From: a virus
Taxonomy: Duplodnaviria; Caudoviricetes
Direction: 5' to 3' (one strand)
Length of the DNA stretch: 64,000 bases
Virus record (IMG/VR): IMGVR_UViG_3300028591_000071
This document shows, one piece after another, positions 58,134 through 64,000 of the stretch. How positions within the stretch are numbered: position 1 is the stretch's first letter; each line of letters begins with the position of its first letter. Under the pieces are notes generated by a model that did no database searches, was not told the origin of the DNA, and saw only the letters and a list, made by a program, of their open reading frames with translations. Made by a program: the position numbers and the translations under genes.

Positions 58134-59321
58134 ATGAAACAAGAAGAAGCAATAGAAAGAATTAAGGCTCGTTTTGATAAATGGGCTTTGGATAATGAAG
58201 ACATGAAAGCGATTCAAACCCTTATTCCCGAACTCCGCGAGAACGAGGACGAGAGGATAAGAAAGGCGTTGATTGAGGGTGTGAGACAAATTCGTTGTAA
58301 GAATGGTATCACGCAAGAACAGATGGTTGCTTACCTCGAAAAGCAGAAAGAAACAGGGATTCAATGGTTTAAAAGTGATAATGTGAAAAATCCCGACAAG
58401 CCGTATATTGACAAGGCAGGAATGTTTTACACGACTGACGGCAGAATGTGTTATGCTTCCGAGATTGAAAAGCAGAAAGAACAGAAGCCAATCAAGTGGA
58501 CAGATTTGACTTGGAAAGATATAGTTGAGCTTGAAGGTATCATCAATAATGTCCACTACGATTTCAGTGATGGAATAGGCCAAGAATCATTCGGAAAAGA
58601 AGTTCTTGAGAGATTTCGTAGTACAAAGGGCATAGAATATCTTGATGAAGCAGAACAAAAGTATTGGCGAGAAGAGGGACAGAAAGAGCAGAAACTTGCT
58701 TGCGAAGACAATTTTAAGTGGACAAGTCAAGATGAAAGATGTAGAGGCAAACTAATAGATATACTTGAACTCGCTGATATAAAATATCCAGCAACAAAAG
58801 ATAGTAGAGACGAATTGTGGGAATGGCTAAAAGAATTACCAATGAAATTCCCCAACAAAAATGCTTTTGTATATGGTACTTTAGATAGTGACGATAAGTG
58901 GTCACAAACCGAAGAAATCTTAGGCGTTGATGGGAATCCTACTTGCTATAAGCAGAAGCCCGCAGATGATAAATCCTTTGAAGAATGGATTGATGATTGG
59001 TGGAAATACAATAAGGTAAACAATCCTGATTCATATAACAAAGGCGATGAAATTCAATTCGACGAACAGGGTTTCAAGAGATTTTGCCGGGGCATTAGAA
59101 ATATGTATCAACAGAAGCTCGTACATACCGCAAAAGAGATGTGGAAAGAAATGAGGCTTGAGACATATGCTCAGGCATCTGGCAATCGCCACGAGCCAAA
59201 TTATTCTGATGATTCTACGAAAATGTTTTCACTTTGTGATATAGACGAAATCTTCGAGAAAATCGATAATTCTATTGTTGGTTACAGCCCACAGATGATG
59301 TATCCAAAGAAGTATGTATAA
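58134..59321 (+). CDS. Mosaic protein with EKQKEQKP linkers
   Basis: EDERIRKAL, YLEKQKE, EKQKEQKP, QKEQK, KQKP. Confidence 0.8.
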   Translation: MKQEEAIERIKARFDKWALDNEDMKAIQTLIPELRENEDERIRKALIEGVRQIRCKNGITQEQMVAYLEKQKETGIQWFKSDNVKNPDKPYIDKAGMFYTTDGRMCYASEIEKQKEQKPIKWTDLTWKDIVELEGIINNVHYDFSDGIGQESFGKEVLERFRSTKGIEYLDEAEQKYWREEGQKEQKLACEDNFKWTSQDERCRGKLIDILELADIKYPATKDSRDELWEWLKELPMKFPNKNAFVYGTLDSDDKWSQTEEILGVDGNPTCYKQKPADDKSFEEWIDDWWKYNKVNNPDSYNKGDEIQFDEQGFKRFCRGIRNMYQQKLVHTAKEMWKEMRLETYAQASGNRHEPNYSDDSTKMFSLCDIDEIFEKIDNSIVGYSPQMMYPKKYV

Positions 59322-59333
59322 AAACGATTAGAT

Positions 59334-59645
59334 ATGAGTAAAGCATTTTTCATTTATAGGGACGGCGAAAAATTCGGGAATCCAACGGGATACACGACAG
59401 AGAAAGGCGCGAAGAAATCACTTGTAGGTTGTGATGATTGGTACAGGCTCCTGATGCCTTATCAACTTCTCAATGCGAAGGAAGACATTAGCGAAGAAAT
59501 GAAGGCAACAGGTTTCTTCTATTGGAGCAAATACGGCAACTGTTGGTTGTTTGACAGGAAGGTTTGGAGCAGGAAAATATGGGCTCCGTATGTCAAGGAA
59601 CACTATCAGATTATCGAAAAAAATTACGAAATAAATACCGATTAG
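59334..59645 (+). CDS. Hypothetical protein
   Basis: 103-aa ORF. Confidence 0.7.
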   Translation: MSKAFFIYRDGEKFGNPTGYTTEKGAKKSLVGCDDWYRLLMPYQLLNAKEDISEEMKATGFFYWSKYGNCWLFDRKVWSRKIWAPYVKEHYQIIEKNYEINTD

Positions 59646-59647
59646 AT

Positions 59648-60046
59648 ATGACACAAGAAGAAAAACAGTTACTCTTTAAGGACCTTTGTTCGAGGTTGCC
59701 TTATGGGGTTAAATGCAAAATACGTTATACGTTCAATAACGAAACAACTTTTGGTGAGGATGTTGAAGCGGAAGAAGATGACGTTCTTGTCAAAATAGAC
59801 CCACAAATCCAATCTGCATTTTTTGATTGGTATGGTGATTTTATAAGTATTGAAAATTTCAAGCCTTATCTCCGCCCAATGTCAAGTATGACGAAAGCAG
59901 AAAAGGAGGAATATGAGAAAATGACTGCTTGGGGCTCCTTTGATTGGGAAATGGTTGATTTCTATAATGAGCATCACTTTGATTATCGTGGATTGATACC
60001 TATGGGCCTCGCTCTTGAAGCACCTGAGGGAATGTATAAACAGTAA
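59648..60046 (+). CDS. Paralog family A, copy 3
   Basis: Start MTQEEK at 59648; conserved blocks. Confidence 0.8.
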   Translation: MTQEEKQLLFKDLCSRLPYGVKCKIRYTFNNETTFGEDVEAEEDDVLVKIDPQIQSAFFDWYGDFISIENFKPYLRPMSSMTKAEKEEYEKMTAWGSFDWEMVDFYNEHHFDYRGLIPMGLALEAPEGMYKQ

Positions 60047-60160
60047 ATGATATGGACAAGGCGGAATATAATGTAACAATGTATCATTGCTACGTGAAAT
60101 GCAAGCCACAGGAGGAAAAATGCAAGGACTGCGAGTTATTAAAGATTTATAGGGAAATAT

Positions 60161-60523
60161 ATGACACAGGAAGAAAAACAACTATTGCTGATTGATTTAA
60201 GTGCGAGGCTACCTTATGGAGTAAAAGTTCATATCACAGACGAGTGGTTTTATGATAAGATTGAACCATATGATAGAAGACTTGATTGTGATGTTATAAA
60301 ACATATAAGAGAAAATCGATACACAGTCAAGCCATATCTCCGTCCAATGTCAAGTATGACAATGGAAGAGAAAAGAGAGTATATCCCTGTTGGAAGAGGT
60401 ATGTCCCCCGATAATCCAAGTGTTTTAGCTGATTGGCTCAACGAACATTACTTTGACTATCGTGGTTTAATCCCAATGGGGCTTGCTCTTGAAGCACCTG
60501 CAGGAATGTATAAAGCAGTATAA
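60161..60523 (+). CDS. Paralog family A, copy 4
   Basis: Conserved blocks. Confidence 0.8.
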   Translation: MTQEEKQLLLIDLSARLPYGVKVHITDEWFYDKIEPYDRRLDCDVIKHIRENRYTVKPYLRPMSSMTMEEKREYIPVGRGMSPDNPSVLADWLNEHYFDYRGLIPMGLALEAPAGMYKAV

Positions 60524-60536
60524 AACACAGAAAAAA

Positions 60537-60755
60537 ATGGATTACGAAAATTTTATAAATGAATACGATAAACAGCATGCTTGCTGCCCAATATGTCACA
60601 GTGAGAATTTTTCTTCAACAATGGTGGCATATCCCTACTATGAAGAACATCCTGAAAATTACAAAGACAGGAATCGTGTGAGATGCCATGATTGTGGATG
60701 GGTAGGAATACGGCACGAACTTATTCCAATTATAAAGATGAGTAAAAAGAAATAA
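60537..60755 (+). CDS. Small zinc-ribbon protein
   Basis: CPIC...CHDC. Confidence 0.65.
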   Translation: MDYENFINEYDKQHACCPICHSENFSSTMVAYPYYEEHPENYKDRNRVRCHDCGWVGIRHELIPIIKMSKKK

Positions 60756-60768
60756 TAGAGATAGAAAT

Positions 60769-61422
60769 ATGAAACAAGAAGATAAACAACTTTTATTAAT
60801 AGATTTATCTGCAAGGTTGCCTTATAAGGTGAAGGGGGTATATGCCAGAACCGATATTAAAAACCTGTCCATATGTGAAATCACCGCGCATCTATATGGT
60901 GAGATGGAAGAATCATTTAATGGAAAAGAAAAATGCGAGTTTATCCCCTATCTCCGCCCAATGTCAAGTATGACGGAGGAAGAAGAAAATGAATATAGAG
61001 CAATAAATTGTTATGAAGGCTTATTTCCTCGTAATGAAGAAGCCCTTGATTATGTTCTTGAACATCATTTTGACTATCGCGGCTTGATTGAAAAAGGTTT
61101 TGCTCTTGAAGCACCTCCGGGGATGTATAATAAAGAAGAGTCAGAAAAAGAGAGTGAGATTCCCATCCCAAAAACCGTTGATGAGGCAGTAAAAACTTTG
61201 GCTAAGATAGTTTCAAAAGAAGACAGGGATTACCTTCTCGAAAACGGTGCAATTTCAATGCATAACTCATTGGGTAGATGGATTAGGAATGAATGGGGAC
61301 TATGGACCGGTTCTGAACTTAAAGATGAGATGATGAATATGAATAAAGGCCTTAATCACCCTGATGATATGTCGAATTATATTATAGAAGAATTCATTAA
61401 ATATTGGAATAGTAAAATATGA
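60769..61422 (+). CDS. Paralog family A, copy 5, fused to a C-terminal DUF6794-like domain
   Basis: Family A blocks, then LGRWIRNEWGLW...HPDDMS. Confidence 0.75.
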   Translation: MKQEDKQLLLIDLSARLPYKVKGVYARTDIKNLSICEITAHLYGEMEESFNGKEKCEFIPYLRPMSSMTEEEENEYRAINCYEGLFPRNEEALDYVLEHHFDYRGLIEKGFALEAPPGMYNKEESEKESEIPIPKTVDEAVKTLAKIVSKEDRDYLLENGAISMHNSLGRWIRNEWGLWTGSELKDEMMNMNKGLNHPDDMSNYIIEEFIKYWNSKI

Positions 61423-61814
61423 TGACTGAGGACTACGTTAGTTTTGAAACGGCAAAACTCCTGAAAGAAAAGGGGTTTGATGGAGATGGCAGTCATTTCT
61501 ATGAAAATAAAAAGATTGTTAGTTTTGTTGATTATTGGAATAGAATAACACCTTATGAAAGGTATTGTGCTATAGAATGCCCAACCCTCCAAATGGCTAT
61601 GAAGTGGTTGAGGGAAGTGCATAATCTCCATTGTGCTGTTGATTATGATTTTGCCCTCGGATGGTATTGCCAAATTACTAGCCTCAAAGAAACCGTTGAA
61701 TACGATTACGAAGAATTAGTGAAACATTATCATCCGGAGAAGAACAGCGGTTTTTCATCCCCAGAAGAAGCCTGTGAATCGGCTATTAAGTATTGTCTTG
61801 AAAATTTGATTTAG
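61419..61814 (+). CDS. Paralog family B, copy 4
   Basis: Conserved blocks. Confidence 0.8.
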   Translation: MMTEDYVSFETAKLLKEKGFDGDGSHFYENKKIVSFVDYWNRITPYERYCAIECPTLQMAMKWLREVHNLHCAVDYDFALGWYCQITSLKETVEYDYEELVKHYHPEKNSGFSSPEEACESAIKYCLENLI

Positions 61815-62124
61815 ATGGACAACACAGTAACAACAGAGAAACTTAATCTGTATCTCTTCTCAGGAAGTCCTTCGAGGCTTTGCATTTGTTTTTGCCAATA
61901 AATCTTTGTATTTTTATATAAATAAGAATTATAACAAGAGAAAAAATGAAAACAACATTAACCTTGGGTGACATTGGAACGATAACAATCCCAAAGAAAA
62001 AAGAAGCTCAACAGTGGCTTTATTCGCTAATTGAAAGTTTTGTGTGGAGAAAGGATTATCCATATAGTAAAACTCAAATTCTTAAATATATTGCTGAATT
62101 ATAAACACAATACAGGTAAGAATT

Positions 62125-64000
62125 ATGACAAGAGAAGAAGCAATAAAAGAAATCAAGATGTGGGGAATCGAAGCCCCAAGACAAAGAGAAGCACTTGAAA
62201 CACTCATCCCCGAACTCAAAGAGACCGAGGACGAGAGGATAAGAAAAGCGCTTATTAACCTCGTAAGTACGGTTGGAGAGTATTATCTCCCGAAACTTGA
62301 AGCCAGAAACAAGATGCTTGCCTACCTTGAAAAGCAAGAGATATTTTCAAAAAATGGAGAAGGTTGTTACTATTATCACGCAGATGGTAATTATACTTTT
62401 ATTGGCTCGATGGGGTTCGGACCAATCGAAGATATAAAACTTAACGGGGAGCGACCTAAAACCGAAAATAATAGCGTTGACTTGTCAGGTGCTTGTCTTT
62501 GTGTAGAAAAACAGAAAGAAGCAAGTAAAGCAATAGAAGCGGTAGATAGGATTGACAAGTACATTGATGAACATCTTGCCAATGCTCATGATATGAAGGA
62601 TTCCAACCCTGACAAAAAGTATTACCGTGGATGGGATGACGCTCTTGGTGAAATGGCTAGAATATTGCAAGATGTTTATTCGGGAGAAAAGCAGAAAGAA
62701 TCTTTACATATTTCCGAAACATGTAAAGAAAGTGCTGATTCTTTTACAGATGAGGACGAGAGGATAAGGAAATGGTTGTATGACTATATAAGTAATTGTC
62801 CTAATAATAACTTTGCCTTCTACGGTGGGGTCGGTAAAGATGCAGTCTTGAACTACCTCGAAAAGCAGAAAGAAGAGGAAGGATATGAGGAAATTCCTGT
62901 GGAATCCACACTTGAATATAAGTTGGGATTTAAAGCGGGCAAGGAATCTGAAAAACAGAAAGAGCAAGAACATATTTGTGATTCATATCAATTTGAGGAA
63001 GGATTCAAGACAGGTTTAGAAATAGGCTTGAGGAATCAGAAAGAGCAAAAGCCCATACGCGATATTATATCCGGTGATGCTATTGAGTCTTGTATGCTTC
63101 GTTATCTCCAATCCGCCGCTAATCGGAAGGATGACATTGAAATTATTGAAGATACGAAAAAATATAAAAAGGAACTTCTTGAAATAATCGAAAAAGAGCA
63201 GAAGCCAGTGGAATGGGACGATGATGAGATGATGTGTAAAAGGGCAATAGCGATATTAAAACGACAACGAGACTTTTGGAGTTATGACGGGTCAATGGAT
63301 AAATTCCCACCAGCAACGCCGAGAAAAGACCTTGTCAATGCTCTTGATATTGCTATATCTTACCTTGAAAAGCATAAACTTGATGCTTCAAAACTTGAGA
63401 ACTTTGACCCTGTTGATGTACTTAATAGGATAAAGACGGAGTGGCCGATGGCTTGGGAAAAAGTTGTCGGAAAGCAAGAGTGGAGCGAAAAGGATGAACG
63501 GATAAGGAAAGGATTAATTAACTTCCTTCGTTCTTCGTTCATCAAAGAAAACGTCACTGATGAAACGGTTGCCCCGTGGATTACCTACCTTGAAAGGCAG
63601 AAGCCGTTCGTTACAATACCTGCGACTGAAATTGTCAAAAACGAGCCAATGGAGATGCCAAGCGGAGAGTCTCTCGATGCTTTAGCAGATGTTGTACAAG
63701 CCAAAGATTGGAAGCCCACCGAGAAACAAAAATATGATGGAAATATGGATAATGAATGTATTAAGCTTTGTAATACTCTCAATTCCATCCCATCAATAGA
63801 TACATTTGAATCTTGCTGCGGGCATTTGAAAGACAGGTATTCTATATGGTTTTTCTGTAATGATATTATTACAATCTCACGACTTGGAAGATGTGTTGAG
63901 CGTAATTATTCTGACGGGAAGTGGGAGTTACTTGTGGATTCAACTGACACCCACCCAACCGGTGTTTTCTGTTTGAGAAGCAAAGTTCCTTTCCAAGATT
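62125..64000 (+). CDS. Large mosaic protein with EKQKE linkers (runs off window; absent from the ORF track)
   Basis: Manual translation from ATG 62125 stays open for 625 codons; three DERIRK...YLE(K/R)Q modules; C-terminal TFESCCGH. Confidence 0.85.
   Translation, partial: MTREEAIKEIKMWGIEAPRQREALETLIPELKETEDERIRKALINLVSTVGEYYLPKLEARNKMLAYLEKQEIFSKNGEGCYYYHADGNYTFIGSMGFGPIEDIKLNGERPKTENNSVDLSGACLCVEKQKEASKAIEAVDRIDKYIDEHLANAHDMKDSNPDKKYYRGWDDALGEMARILQDVYSGEKQKESLHISETCKESADSFTDEDERIRKWLYDYISNCPNNNFAFYGGVGKDAVLNYLEKQKEEEGYEEIPVESTLEYKLGFKAGKESEKQKEQEHICDSYQFEEGFKTGLEIGLRNQKEQKPIRDIISGDAIESCMLRYLQSAANRKDDIEIIEDTKKYKKELLEIIEKEQKPVEWDDDEMMCKRAIAILKRQRDFWSYDGSMDKFPPATPRKDLVNALDIAISYLEKHKLDASKLENFDPVDVLNRIKTEWPMAWEKVVGKQEWSEKDERIRKGLINFLRSSFIKENVTDETVAPWITYLERQKPFVTIPATEIVKNEPMEMPSGESLDALADVVQAKDWKPTEKQKYDGNMDNECIKLCNTLNSIPSIDTFESCCGHLKDRYSIWFFCNDIITISRLGRCVERNYSDGKWELLVDSTDTHPTGVFCLRSKVPFQD

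Noticed and set aside
1-64000. Stop-codon reassignment (TAG to Gln) as in Lak megaphages
   Set aside because: Long genes are intact under the standard code, and several end at TAG followed by terminators or new genes
52645-64000. Diversity-generating retroelement explaining the paralog variation
   Set aside because: No reverse transcriptase in the window, and differences are block replacements rather than adenine-specific substitutions

Overview
A 64-kb segment of a large T4-like (jumbo/mega) phage. The host is probably a Bacteroidetes bacterium, judging by repeated TAnnTTTG promoters and the lack of obvious Shine-Dalgarno sites. The genetic code appears standard. Left end (1-6.8 kb): accessory/defence-like block with two lipoproteins, two copies of a circularly permuted tRNA-like RNA, an M.EcoRI-family methyltransferase and a DUF262-HNH nuclease. 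6.8-29 kb: head module, mostly on the minus strand. It has a large terminase split by a 248-nt group I intron, two free-standing homing-endonuclease-like genes, the major capsid protein, scaffold and prohead protease, an acidic core protein with a likely -1 frameshift, and a multidomain nucleotidyltransferase. 29-52 kb: host-like genes (ClpC/ClpB, UvrD-like helicase, AAA ATPase, IF-1, Hsp20, amidase, Nudix, solo TnpB element) alternate with putative late genes. These late genes share an upstream TATTTAT motif and a short helical 'xNExxIRKMVxExVxxxLxE' tag, and carry ART-like, InPase, SprT/zincin, PcfJ-like and NTase domains. I read them as a tagged, protease-processed set of virion-packaged effectors. 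52-64 kb: an array of small genes built from paralog families with conserved DNA ends, plus mosaic proteins joined by EKQKEQKP linkers, suggesting repeat-mediated cassette and domain shuffling. All family assignments come from motif recognition by eye, not from database searches.
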